This document shows positions 1 through 13,000 of a DNA stretch of 64,000 bases, piece by piece. The stretch comes from Azolla caroliniana (Eukaryota; Plantae; Polypodiophyta). Each line of letters begins with the position of its first letter. Within the stretch, counting starts at the first letter, position 1. Position numbers and translations under genes: made by a program. The DNA is taken from positions 4,526,001-4,590,000 of the forward strand of contig JBHGNT010000006.1 of NCBI GenBank assembly GCA_043228905.1. Direction: 5' to 3'. Below the pieces are notes generated by a model. The model was given only the letters and a program-made list of their open reading frames with translations. It did not search any database and was not told the DNA's origin.

Positions 1-16
1 ATGCAAACCCTGCACA

Positions 17-1119
17 TTACCTCCATGAGGTTGGGTTTAGTCTATCACCTTCAAACACAACATTTTGGAGCAATGGTAACAAAGTATCAAATGCATCTGG
101 TTGATCAAGAACTGGCTCTTTCAAGCAATCCACAAGTGGTTGAGTTGCATTTTCAGCAAATATCACATCCCAGCTGATGATGATCTTACCAGTAGTGAGC
201 TGAAACAACCAATAACCTTTGCTTTCTTTGCTGTAGCCAACAAAGATGCATTTTGTTGCTTTGTCTTGAAGCTTATGGCGCTGCTGTGGTGGCACAAATG
301 CATAAGGCAAGCTTCTAAATATTCTCATGTGTCCAACATTTGGCTCGTGACCAGTCCAAGCCTCATATGGAGTGATAGTTGTTATTGCTTTTGTGGGGCA
401 TCTATTCAAAACATAGTTTGCACACATTACAGCTAGCAGCCAACACTTATGAGGTAGCTTCTTACCGTTGAGCACGCATCTTGCCATCTCCATGAGAGAT
501 CTATTCTTTATCTCAGCCAAACCATTTTGTTGTGGTGTGTATAGAGTGGTGCATTGATGGATAATATCTGTGTCCTTCAAGAAAGCATTGAACTCTTGAG
601 ACATGTACTCACCCCCTCTATCGGTGCGAAGAGTAATGAGTTTGTGACCGCTAAGATTTTCAGCAAGGTGTAATAATAATTAGATGGAGAGGTTTGATGT
701 CTTCTTAGGTGGGAAGAGATAAACAAAAAGATCTGTGTATGCCTATTTGGAAGGATTGGATAGAGAAAGGAAGCTAAACTTGCTCTGATACCATATGTAT
801 AAAATGTAGGGATCTTAGACTAACTCTCACACAACAAGATCACTTAGAAGACTTAAGGAAATATTAGTAGATTAGGGAAAACGAGCTCTAATTTCAAAGA
901 TGTAGAATGGTTTATATAACTAGTTTCTACAGGTAGGTGGAAACCCAACGGTCACTTTATTAGGTTCACATTATTATAACTATATTTGCACCTAACAACT
1001 ACTTAACTAGGTTCGTACTATTCTAAGTATGTTCACACCCAACAGTTACTTAACTAGGTTCACATTATTATAACAATGTTCACACCAAAGCTTTCATAGG
1101 ATACTCATTAAGTGTAACA
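17..1119 (-). mobile_element. Ty1/copia LTR retrotransposon fragment: 5' LTR (~796-1119), tRNA-iMet PBS and integrase C-terminal half; gag/protease deleted; continues past the left edge
   Basis: Minus-strand translation of ~669-17 gives ...LITLRTDRGGEYMSQEF...YTPQQNGLAE...KCIFVGY (copia integrase). PBS TGGTATCAGAGCA at 781-793. The LTR begins TG at 796; its far end (CA at ~1119) is approximate. Confidence 0.85.
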
Positions 1120-1286
1120 ATTATGCTTGCATTTATTAGAGCAAAAACTAATACATATTCTGTGTTTTGGTAAGCTAGTATACATTCTCTCTCTTTTATC
1201 ATCTTAGGGCTTTACTCTATTTATATAACCCAAGCCTTTTCCAACCTAAATACCCAAGCTTAAATCTAGCTTAACCACACTACTTC

Positions 1287-1396
1287 ACTAGTTGCCATTG
1301 CAAATTGTAGGGTTTGAATGCAGTACATTCTACTCTCTCTGTCACACGCATACTAGTTGTCTCTGTGAATTGTATGGCTTGAATGTGTTACATTAT

Positions 1397-1453
<57 letters not shown>

Positions 1454-1645
1454 TAGTAATATATGTGATTCTTCCAATAGCTAAACTGCACTACTTTACT
1501 AGTTGCCATTGCAAATTGTACGGCGTGAATGTATTACATTCTGCTCTCTTTCACATGCATACTAGTTGCAATTGTGAATTGTAGGGCTTGAATGTGTTAC
1601 ATTATGCTCTCTCTCTCACTCTCTACTAATAAATGTGATTCTTCA
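1287..1645. repeat. Higher-order tandem repeat: ~65-bp monomer x4 arranged as two ~211-bp dimers with an embedded (CT)n
   Basis: The motif actagttg..attg/tgaattgta.gg..tgaatg....tacatt recurs at 1287, 1352, 1498 and 1561. Copies 1/3 and 2/4 are most alike. Confidence 0.8.
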
Positions 1646-1753
1646 AATATTTTTCACAGAAAACTAAGATACATCCGGTATTTTTCTTTCGTTTGGTGGA
1701 ATTTGAACATAGTAGGCAGCATTTCTTTCATACCCGATAGCTAGAATGGTTTG

Positions 1754-2250
1754 GAGGTGTATCAATTTAGTGTGGATGTCTTTGACTAGAGTAAAACTAT
1801 CTTCATTAGTTGGGTTTTTGCACATATGGAAAGCACTGGAATGATGCTTCATTTCAAAATTATTTGTTGAGTTCTTGAGGTATTGGGGGCAATGGTTTAA
1901 TTGGAATACGTGGAATGCCGTCACTTTTGATTCACAAGTTGGGGCTAGAAACTATGTTCTTTTGTGTTACCAATTGACAGTGTTAAAGAAGTGAGGTATA
2001 TCAATTTAGTGTGGATGCCTTTGACTAGAGTAAAATTATCTTCATTTAGTTGGGTTTTTGCACACATGGAAAGCATTGGAGTGATGCTTCATTTCCACAT
2101 TATTTGTTCAGTGCCTGAGGTATTGGGGGCTATGGTTAAATTGGAATACCCGGAATGCCTTCAATTTTGATTCACAAATTGGGACTAGAAACCATGTTGT
2201 AAACTTAGGACTGCTTTTGTGTTACCAATTTTCAGTGTTAGAGAAGTTGC
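1754..2250. repeat. Tandem duplication, ~239-bp unit x2
   Basis: gaggt.tatcaatttagtgtggatg... begins at 1754 and 1993. Confidence 0.9.
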
Positions 2251-2488
2251 ACAATCTAAAACCATGAAGAGAGCCAACTCTAGAAGGTCACATATATAAT
2301 CATATTCGACATTTGATTTGGTGTGAAGGGTGAGATTGAATTCATAGTAGTAAATAGATCCCTAGAAGAGTTCTATACGCTGTTGTAAGTTAGTAGTCAT
2401 GGTAGTGTTCTTTTCTTTTGTAATGGAAACCCTTATTTACAAAAAAAAAAAGAGATTTAAAATTTATATGTACACTGGAGTTCCCAAC

Positions 2489-2757
2489 TGGAGTGAGCTA
2501 CCACCAAGCATGTTTCCCTTTCACAACTATAGTACTTGAATCTGGATGCTTATTATCGGTGTGGTGTTAAGATTGTAATGTTTATCATATTTGGCATTGA
2601 CATCTTGTGAATAATTGTACCAAGTGGAGTGAGCTACCACCAAGCATGTTTCCCTTACACAACTATAGTACTTGAATTTGGATGCTTATTATCAGTGTGT
2701 TGTTAAGATTGTCATCTATATCATATTTGGCATTGACATCTTGTGAATAATTGTACC
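2489..2757. repeat. Tandem duplication, 136-bp unit x2
   Basis: tggagtgagctaccaccaagcatgtttccc begins at 2489 and 2625. Confidence 0.9.
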
Positions 2758-3127
2758 TTGCTTTCTTCAATCTTTATAAATTTGCAAGCCTAATTATATA
2801 GGTTGGCAATGAACAAATAAATTGAAGTTTTGTAAGGCGCTTAAAATATCCAAGGGATGGTCATGCAAATCCATGGTTAGATCCAACATAAGTCCATTTA
2901 TATATATGCCATAGTTTTTCTATCTTTTGTAATATGTGCTCTATGCCATAGTTTTTCTATCTTCTGTAATATGTGCTGCTTGTATTTTTTCTAGTATATT
3001 ATTAAACAAAATTGTTGTTCCCACTAACACAATCATGTCCAATATGTGTGAACATAAACAATATTAATCAAACCTAGTCAAAGTTGTCATAAAGATATGG
3101 ATCAAGGATGGGTACCTTAATGGTAAT

Positions 3128-3499
3128 GTTGTGAAGAATCTATCATAAACTGAAGGAGATAACAATGAGTTTTGCATATTCAAGAGTGTCATGCAAAGGA
3201 CAAACACATGTAAGACCATTTTATGACTAATGAACTTGGAATATTAGCATATAGAAAAGACATGAGCAAGTTCATGACAAGGATATACATGACCTCCTCA
3301 CTCCATTTGACTAACGTTGTGAAGAATTTATCATAAACTGAAGGAGATAACAAGGAGTCTTGCATATTCAAGAGTGTCATGCAAAGGACAAACACATGTA
3401 AGACCATTTTACGACTAATGAACTTGGAATATTAGCATATAGAAAAGACATGAGCAAGTTCAAGACAAGGATGTACAGGACCTCCTCTCTCCATTTGAG
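3128..3499. repeat. Tandem duplication, 188-bp unit x2
   Basis: gttgtgaagaat.tatcataaactgaaggagataacaa begins at 3128 and 3316. Confidence 0.9.
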
Positions 3500-4108
3500 T
3501 TAGAATGTCTATATTTCCAATGAAGATAGGATCCACATGAAAGCAAAGCACATGGACAGTAGAATGCCCAGAGGGTCATTTATTCAACCCTCACATCCCA
3601 TTTACTAGTGCATATAGTGAGACGTATGATTTACTAAAAACTTCTCCTACAATTAGAGTAGGGCTTGAATACATAAAACGAACTCTGAAAAAATCAACGC
3701 TAAATTTAGATTATTTCTCAAAAGTGATTCAAAGGGAAGAAGACCCTTGAGTCCTTGAAATCCTTTTTACATAGTAGGTATAGTAAATTATTAGTGAGAC
3801 CATTTAAAAGGAACAAACACACTCCAGCCTAAACATCCCTTTGAAAGCCTTCTTTCTATCTTATTATACTACTAGAAGCCCTTAAAAGAAATGAGGGAAG
3901 TAGCCTTTTTTCCTCATTTCAACCATCATTCACACTTCTACAAAAGCATTTCCATTCAAGCCTGTCCAAGTAAAGAAGAAGCAACAACAGAGTTTAGAAC
4001 CAATCAAATGCTTCAAATTATGTCCCCTGCAATGATTATGAAATGTTTCGAAATTATTACGAATCTAGAGACAGTTACTTGAGCATACTGCAATATCATT
4101 ACCATTTT

Positions 4109-6984
4109 TTAAGAGAAGGAAAGAGCTACTGCAATTTCGCCCTGTGGCTGGCCTTTAGGACCAAGAACCTTATATTTCAATGGAGGAACATGACCATCAG
4201 AAAAGACTTTGTCGAGTGGAATCCTGAGCAAATAACCAGCAACAATATGGTTTTCATTTAGAGATATACTAGATAGAACCTTCTCATTCAATGCGAAAGG
4301 ATCATTCTCAAATTTTGACATAAGAAAATATTTATTTGATATATAAGAAGATACTTACACAATGTTTCCTAGAGGATCATCGGATCTCAAATCATCTTTG
4401 TCGAAGAGCTTAATCAAAATCTGTGTAACATCATTGTCGACATGGAATTGGAAGTGTTCATCCCAGATTGGATTCTCAGTACCTATAATCGTTGAGAGAT
4501 CATATTTTTATGTACATACAATCTCAGGGAGATTCTATCTATAATAATAATGAATACTTACGCTCAATAACTTTGCTTTTCTGGATTTCTTTGTGACAGA
4601 CTATAGTAGCATAGGGATCAGATGCTCCTGGTCGCATAAAACAAACCGATTAGTTCAATGTGCTGTTTGGAGACTGTAAGATCAGGAATTTGCTACACTG
4701 AAGTGGCAGCATATAGTTTAGGAGAAATGATATATGGTGTAAGAAAGATGTTTCAAAATAATCAGCCAAGTATCTAATCATGTGTCTGCTTGTGTGTGTG
4801 TGTAATGTATATACATACATGTGTATGTATGCATGTATCTATCTATGTACGTATGGTATGCATGATCATAGTTTCAGTGTGTGTTTATATATAAATAATA
4901 TATAATGCATGCATCTGTTATATATGAAAAATATAGATATATGTTATTTAGGCCAAAAGCTTCCTGGTCTTACCAAATGTGTCAGAATCCAACAGTCCAT
5001 GAGCTTCCAACAGGTGAACATCCAAGACACCATTATGGACCTACATAGGAGAAGTACATTTTTTATGCAATTCCATTGATATTCATGTGACATGTCTTCA
5101 TTATACATTGCAGTGAAGTATGTTTGTCCGTAGTGATGAGCTGGAATTTCATTAATATTCATTTACATTTCTATGATTTGTTAATGCAGTTGAGTAATTT
5201 GTACATCACAGGTCATTATTAGCTTAAATTTCAACCATATTCATGAGACCAATTTTTATCATTCATCACAGATGAGCAGTTCAAATTGTTTGTATTTCAG
5301 CTGAGCTCTCTCATGGATACTGATGAATATGAGAACATTTTAATCACATAGAATGCGGTGCGCAGCTTGTGTGTATGTCTAAGGAAGCACCTTTGGAAAG
5401 AACTTGAGGCCAATCTCGAGCTCCCCTTCTAACTTTCCATTTGGCTTCAGGACTTTGTAAGCAGTTGGATGGATTTGCCTCTCAGCAAATACCCTTTCCA
5501 AAGGGATACTATCACGATTTCCAATCAAAAGATATATTTGTTAATTATTTATAGATGAGAATAAGAGAATAAAATTAAGCTTTTTTACGGAGAAAAGAGT
5601 GAAACAACTGCGAGTTTTTCCTTTATTTTTCCAAATGCCCTTGGTCAATCCCAGAAAGAGCAATTACATGTAGTATTATTTCGAGCATTATATGGTCAGA
5701 TCACTTCTGGATTGAAAAATGTCCTTTTTGAGCCATGCCCTATTCATCCCTTCTTGCCTCTGCAGATTGACCAAGGGCGTTTGACAAAACAGAGAAAAGC
5801 CAAAGGCCTGGGAAGAAATGAAATAAAAAACGGGGATATTTCGTAGTATTTCAGCCCAGTTAATGTCTAATGCACAGGTTTCGGGATTAATAAAAAACCC
5901 TAAATAGTTTTAAAAAGCATAGGTTGAAAATCATTACTTCACGGAACCCATGCTGTCGTCGCTACCATGCTTCTCCTGATCATATACAACAATATCCACT
6001 TCATGTGGTCCATGTGGGATCTCAAACAGGAAGCTCTCATTCCAGACAGGGTTGCTCCCTCCGTCTGCAGATCATCAAAAGATTCTATTTTCTATTAGAC
6101 GTTATAGCTATAAAGTGAGATGGCTAACAGTTTTTAGTTCCAAGACGGTAGAGAGAAGATACAAACGTGTGAATACAGTACACAGAAAATAAAGACAAGG
6201 ATTCATTACATCTTATGGGCCATGGCTTTACAATTTTTTTCTTTCGAATGATTCATATACAGCTTGGACAATGAAATAAGGATCTACTAGGGATATTAGG
6301 GGTTAGAAAAATCTGTTCTTTATACAGAAGAGGGAAGATAAAAACAAAGGTTGAGAAGGATATCGTATCCATTAAATGTAATGGTTACACAAATCCTCTT
6401 GCCATCTCTCTCTCTCTCACACACACACACAGCTTACTACCTATGATCAATCTATAGATTCAGACCAAGATTTATGCAGATTTATCCCAGGTAACATAGA
6501 TCTAAATGCATTATTACAAGATCCAAACCTCAGCTTCAGATCTATGATTGTTCTATAGTATCAGACTAAGATTAATGTAGAATTATATGCGCTTGAGCCT
6601 TACCATGTGCTGTCTTAGTTTTGTGTTCCTGGCCTCCGCCTCAGATTAAGATCTATGATTTTTCTACAGTATCAGACTAAGATTAAAGTAGAATTATATG
6701 CGTTTGAGCCTTACCATGTGCTGTCTTAGTTCTGTGTTCCTGACCTCCGATTGTTATCTTTGCATATGGATCGGATTTTCCTGCAAGGAAACAAAATTCT
6801 CAATAAATGCAGAATAAATGGCTGCGAAAAACTTCATTCTAAAGGAAGAACGGAAAAAAGGATGAAAAAAGAAAGAAAGACGGCAGTTCTCAAGGCAAAA
6901 AGAAAAAGAAAAACGAAGCAATTATCAACCCAACGGAGAGGGAATATCACAGCCAGAGATTATTCAGAAACAAAAGAGATGAAA

Positions 6985-7029
<45 letters not shown>

Positions 7030-7272
7030 TTGTTAAGAAAATCCGTTCGTTTTCTGTTAAGTTCGTTGTTAATTCTCTCGATGCCCAAATACAGAAATTT
7101 TATCAGAGATTAATGATAAAGAACATAAGAACAAGGGTTTGATTTAAGAAAGATGAGCTGACATTGATTATAGTAAAGATACGAGGCAAGAGAAAGAGAA
7201 TTAACCGAAAAATTCGACGTCATTGAGGCCATGGCCCTTGATAATTTCCACCTCAACAGTTCCAGCAGGCAT
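4109..7272 (-). CDS. Tandem double-C2-domain protein (elicitor-responsive ERG / PP16-like C2 x2), 249 aa, 8 coding exons
   Basis: Spliced by hand, all introns GT-AG. Exons 7272-7206, 6780-6715, 6064-5938, 5508-5391, 5040-4974, 4627-4562, 4482-4359 and 4223-4109 total 750 nt in one open frame: MPAGTVEVEIIKGHGLNDVEFFGKSDPYAKI...GGSNPVWNESFLFEI...VYDQEKHGSDDSMG...GELEIGLKFFPK / VHNGVLDVHLLEAHGLLDSDTFGASDPYA...NPIWDEHFQF...LFDKDDLRSDDPLG...GEIAVALSFS*. A probable 5'UTR intron lies at 7287-7362. Confidence 0.9.
6528..6749. repeat. 111-bp tandem duplication spanning the exon 2/intron 2 donor of the C2 gene
   Basis: cctcag....agatctatgatt...gagccttaccatgtgctgtcttagtt.tgtgttcctg.cctccg at 6528-6638 and 6639-6749. 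Confidence 0.9.
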
Positions 7273-7362
7273 TTTTGTTGGATCTTCTGAAAAGAAAGAA
7301 GAAGGGAATTAGATTGGATCTCCACGAATTGGAAGCAGACAGGAACCAAATTGTCATGTTAC

Positions 7363-7414
<52 letters not shown>

Positions 7415-8003
7415 ATGTTGAAGCTTGATTCTACAGAATGGAGGAAAATGGAGGTTTTTCTCTGATGGAGATGGAGATGGAGATGGAGATCATATACATG
7501 TATGTATGTACATATTTGTACATACATATATTAGATAGAGAGAGAGAGGAGGGACAGAAATGTAAATTCTATTAACTGTGTTCTCGCTTTTTAAATAGCA
7601 TGTTCTTTTTAACTTTTATTTTAAATCTCTTTTGTTTTTTTGTTTTTCGCCCCTTGCAATAAAATCCAGATTCCCAACCTCTTCCTGGAAGGAGGGGTAG
7701 TATTGTAAATAATATGAAATATCTCGATCTTACACCGGCCGTGGATCGGATCATTCGTTTATGTGTGCCGGGTGACCCCGATCATGCCGGAAATTTCCTT
7801 ACTTTCTCATTCAGGCTGGCAATCTCGGTTCGTCAATAGATTATTTTATTTTGGGGAGGGGGGGGGGGGGGGGGGTAAAAGAACAATGTGCCACTACCAA
7901 TATGTACATGATTCACGCGAGGAAAAGTGAAACCTCCAAATTTCTACCCAATTTTGGGTTTAAACCTTAGGTGATGTTGTATCGACTTGTATAACTTAGC
8001 CAA

Positions 8004-8122
8004 AAGAATGCAATGCAATGCATTTCAAACCGTTCTCCTCGCAATGCTAGAAGGAGATGGCTCGCTAAGTCCATCATTGATCTATCAACATGAATTAACC
8101 TCTGAAAGCATCATATGTACAC

Positions 8123-8200
<78 letters not shown>

Positions 8201-8411
8201 GTGCATGCACTTGTGAACGTGTATGTGTATGCGTGTACATATGCAGTGCCCAAAGCAACACATCATTATCCAAGGAAACACTTTGTCCTATCCAAGAATG
8301 CAATGCAATGCATTTCAAACCGTCCTCCTCGCAATGCTAGAAGGAGATGGCTCGCTAAGTCCATCATCGATCTATCAATAGAATTAACCTCTGAAAGCAT
8401 CATATGTACAC

Positions 8412-8449
<38 letters not shown>

Positions 8450-8660
8450 GTGCATGCACTTGTGAACGTGTATGTGTATGCGTGTACATATGCAGTGCCC
8501 AAAGCAACACATCATTATCCAAGGAGACACTTTGTCCTATCCAAGAATGCAATGCAATGCATTTCAAACCGTCCTCCTCGCAATGCTAGAAGGAGATGGC
8601 CCGCTAAGTCCATCATCGATCTATCAACAGAATTAACCTTTGAAAGCATCATATGTACAC

Positions 8661-8710
<50 letters not shown>

Positions 8711-8922
8711 GTGCATGCACTTGTGAACGTGTATGTGTATGCGTGTACATATGTAGTGCCCAAAACAACACATCATTATCCAAGGAAACACTTTGTCCTA
8801 TCCAAGAATGCAATGCAATGCATTTCAAACCGTTCTCCTCACAATGCTAGAAGGAGATGGCTCGCTAAGTCCATCATCGATCTATCAACATGAATTAACC
8901 TCTGAAAGCATCATATGTACAC

Positions 8923-8976
<54 letters not shown>

Positions 8977-9169
8977 GTGCATGCACTTGTGAACGTGTAT
9001 GTGTATGCGTGTGTGTGTGTGTGTTATGTGCATGCACTTGTGAACGTGTATGTGTATGCGTGTGTGTGTGTGTGTGTTATGTGCATGCACTTGTGAACGT
9101 GTATGTGTATGCGTGTACATATGTAGTGCCCAAAGCAACACATCATTATCCAAGGAAACACTTTGTCCT
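8004..9169. repeat. Compound minisatellite: 4 near-identical units (~250-365 bp), each with a variable (TG)n; the last unit has a triplicated sub-block
   Basis: aagaatgcaatgcaatgcatttcaaaccg begins at 8004, 8294, 8543 and 8804. Confidence 0.95.
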
Positions 9170-10059
9170 TTTCTTCAACTCCACTTTTTCTTGCCCTCTG
9201 ACACGATCCAATAACTCTCACGAGTCTCCACACTCAAATAGTCTATTCTGAAGATAAGGTCAATACTACATCCATTGGGGATGAGGAAATTTTTTGCTTT
9301 GCACATCAAATGTCTAAACGTGTCCACACCACGTGGGAACGATGTGCATATTGATGGACTAAAAGCAATACACATGCGTGTATGGCCAAAAATTCAAAAC
9401 TTGAGAGGATCAATAAAGCTAATGTATGATTAAAGTAGGTGTCCACTTGCACTCACCTTGTGAGTTCCACTATTTACAAGATGTTTTGAAAGCACGAGAA
9501 TGCCCATGGCTAAATAAGACAATGCACTTCACTCAATAAACATACAAGCAAAATACCAACATTAAAAACTAATTGCTTCAATGAGGAAGGATAATGCAAT
9601 TAGTTTTTATGTGTGATCAAAGCAACTAAAAGAAAGTAAATTTCTCACATATGATTCATCCCAAACCTTTCTCTCCGCCTATTTAAGTCATATGTATGAG
9701 ATCTACATGTCTTGATCAATGTCAATCTCCAACATGTAGGTGGAGGTTGCATGCATCTTCTATTGAAGGTGTTCTAGCATGCTAGATCAAGATGACTAGG
9801 GAATAAATAGTGGTGGAGTATTTTAATATGTGCAAAGGGAACTTAAGACTTAAGATCAAAGTAAGAAAGTTAAGGTTTGTTTACGAATAAAAAGAGAGAT
9901 AAAAAGAAATTAGGGATATATAGTTGTTGCTTAAGGTAGGGTGAAAGAATAAAGAACTAAAAAGTAGCTTATACTTTCATTTTTGTACTTTCTTCTACAC
10001 TAGTCTATATACAAATTTGTCCATGTTTACAACCTCTCATTCAAAGGTAGCAATGGTCT

Positions 10060-13000
10060 AACCTGAGAGATCTATGACACTCGGACAACTTCCAACGAAA
10101 AAGGAACTCACTCATATTCTCCCGATCAGATGGGTGAAATAGTGGACCTACCCTATCTCGCATTGACCGCATTTATGTAGGCGAGGCCCTAGAAGCGAAG
10201 GGAGGGTGGTGTCGCATAACTCCAGGCACGACTTTCTCCGACCATTACCCGGTAATTGGTCACTTTCAATTACACCGAACGTGGGGCCCATTTCAACCTC
10301 GAATCTCGCACACTATCTACACAGTCACAGAGGTGAAGGAACAACTTGTCAACCAATGGTCATTACCTGTCAATGTCTCACTAGCATCTGACAAACTTCT
10401 ACACGAGCTTCAACTCTACTACACAAGATTGTCAAGACTAGAAGCAAGGATGCTCAAGAAAAGCAACATAGGACAAAACGGGGACTAATAGCCTTACAAC
10501 GACTCCAACAGAGGTACCCGGCATGTAGTTGGATCGCGGGATAGGTTGCCATGGCCAAACATGAACTCATCATGGTGGAAAAGACAATCTATGACATGGA
10601 GTTTCATGGAAGCATGGCTCGATGGATTCGAGTAGGGGACAAACCCACGAAGGAATTCTTCCGATCCAAGGGACCGAGGCACGCTAGAACAATGATGCGT
10701 AGCCTCACCCGAGAGGATGGAACGATCACTAAGGATGGCGACGAAATGAGGAATATTGCCACAAGTTACTACAAGCGACTACTTACTGAAGATAATATGG
10801 CCACAGGGGAAGATACACGAGAAGATATTATCCTCCAGAGCATACCCGAGAAAGTCACAACGGAAATGAATGCATGGCTCGTGCATCCCTTATCAAACAT
10901 CGAGATATGGGAGGCCCTCTCCGATTTGGATGTAGATAGTTGCCCCGGTATCGATGGCCTCACTCCCCACTTTTTCACGTGCCTTTGGGACACTATTAAA
11001 GAAGACCTCCTCCAGCATATGAGGAGATCATCACCTTTGGAAACATGCCATAGGAATTTGGACAAGGGATGATACATCTCATTCCTAAAAGTGGTGGGAG
11101 TGCCGATGACATTAGTAAGTGGCGGCCCATAACTCTTCTCAATATTGTCTACAAGTTGCTTGTAAAAACTGAGGCACGCTGCTTAGCACCACTTCTCCCT
11201 CAACTCATTCATCCGCCCCAGATAGGTTTCGTTAGATATCGGAGCATCTTAGACAACCTTTTCTCATTTTGGGAAGCAGTAGCCTTTGCCAAGCGTACCA
11301 ACAACAAGGTAGTTGTGGTGCTCCTAGATTTTGAAAAAGCATATGACATGGTATGCTGGAACTTTCTAGAAAGTGTAATTGGAAAACTCGGTTTTCAAGA
11401 GTCATGGATCCAACACATTGCAGGATTTTATAGGAACGCCAGCAGTAGTGTTTCATTAGCAGGTGAAAGGGGCCCCTTCTTCCGAATATCGCAGTCTGTA
11501 CAACAGGGATGCCCGTTGGCTTCATCCTTATTTCTATTATACGCTGAAGCACTCTCTAGTTTTCTCAACTCGCGACAACTAAACCTACGTGGTCTTAGGG
11601 TGCCGCATTCTCACCAAAGCCTACTGGATATAGAATTTGCATATGGCACTGCAGTCTACCTACAAGGGGACTTGGAAAATCTACAAAAGCTAGAGAGTGG
11701 TTTAGACGTATTTTGCAAGAGATCCAATGCCATGATCAATTGGCACAAATCCTATGCAATATGGCTTTCTCATGAAGCACATCCTGCGCGGCACCCCCAT
11801 CCCTCTTTCAAGTGGATCAATCAAGGAGCGAGCACCAAATATTTGGGTTTCCAAATTGGGTTCAATGTCATACCTCCGGAGACTATGATTGCACCAGTTA
11901 TTCATTCCATTCAACAAAAGTTGATACATTGGAGTTTGAAAAAAACTCTCGCTAGCGAGGATAATGGCAAATCAGGTATTACTCGCAACAACATGGTACA
12001 ACCTATCATGTTGGACAATCTCCAAGGAAAGTATACACCAGATTTAGCAATTGGTACACAACTACATTTGGTCTGGTAAGGAAGATCATGCAACTCAGGC
12101 CAATGTGGCGTGGCCTATACTCACATCACCTAAGTCGAGAGGAGGATTGGGTCTTATTGATCCCCTCTCACAATCAAAAGCCCTACTCGCCAAATTTGTG
12201 GTGCGAGGACTCCAACCAGGGAATGATTGCTGGAAAATGTTGTTGCGATTACGTTTTGCTTACTTTAAACCAAAAAAAGGGGCCAATTGGGACCCCAAAA
12301 CTGGATGGATTCTAAACATGGAGCTCAAACCTAGTTTCTCCCACCAATTGGAGGATAGATTCAATGCATCCATGTGGAAGGCATGGTGTGACATTAGACG
12401 AGGGCTCAAGTGCGACCAACCTAACTCTGAACTTGCTTGGCTCAGTCAACGTATTCTATGGAACCCATGTATAAGAGATGAATCTAATAAACTAATTGGA
12501 TCAAGTAAGGGGTTGTCATGGGGATACATTGCAGAAGGTTCAGGAAAAGGTATTGAATGTTGGAGACGGTTTATGTCATTGCCAATACAAGTCCAAGCCA
12601 ACATACTCCATGGAATCATGGGCGGATGGGATATAAGATCTGAAATCATTAACACTCTACTAATTAGGGAAGTTGCTAATCAAAGGACGACAATAAAGAA
12701 ATGGATAGGCTACGATGAGGAGGGCTCTTTGCTCCCCATAGGTAGGGAAACACCAGACATGATCACAAGCTCTGAATTGCAAGACAATGAGACACCAACA
12801 CAGAATAAGGCAATTCAAGTTCTAGCGTATACTGGGCATAAATCGATTGTAGATCCTGATCCTATCAAAGTACAACTAGATTGGCACATATGTACCCACG
12901 AAAACACATGGCTACGTAAGGTTAGTCGGGACCCTTTGCAATGGACATGGCATGATCCTTACGCGGGGCAAGGAAGCAAACCCATCCCTTTCTTTCAATT

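Noticed and set aside
8004-9169. CRISPR-like repeat/spacer appearance
   Set aside because: The units are ~250-365 bp with no unique spacers, the context is eukaryotic, and there are no cas genes.
7987-9251. Cys/Val- and His/Thr-rich ORFs up to 255 aa
   Set aside because: They are translations of (TG)n within a tandem repeat, with no coding signal.
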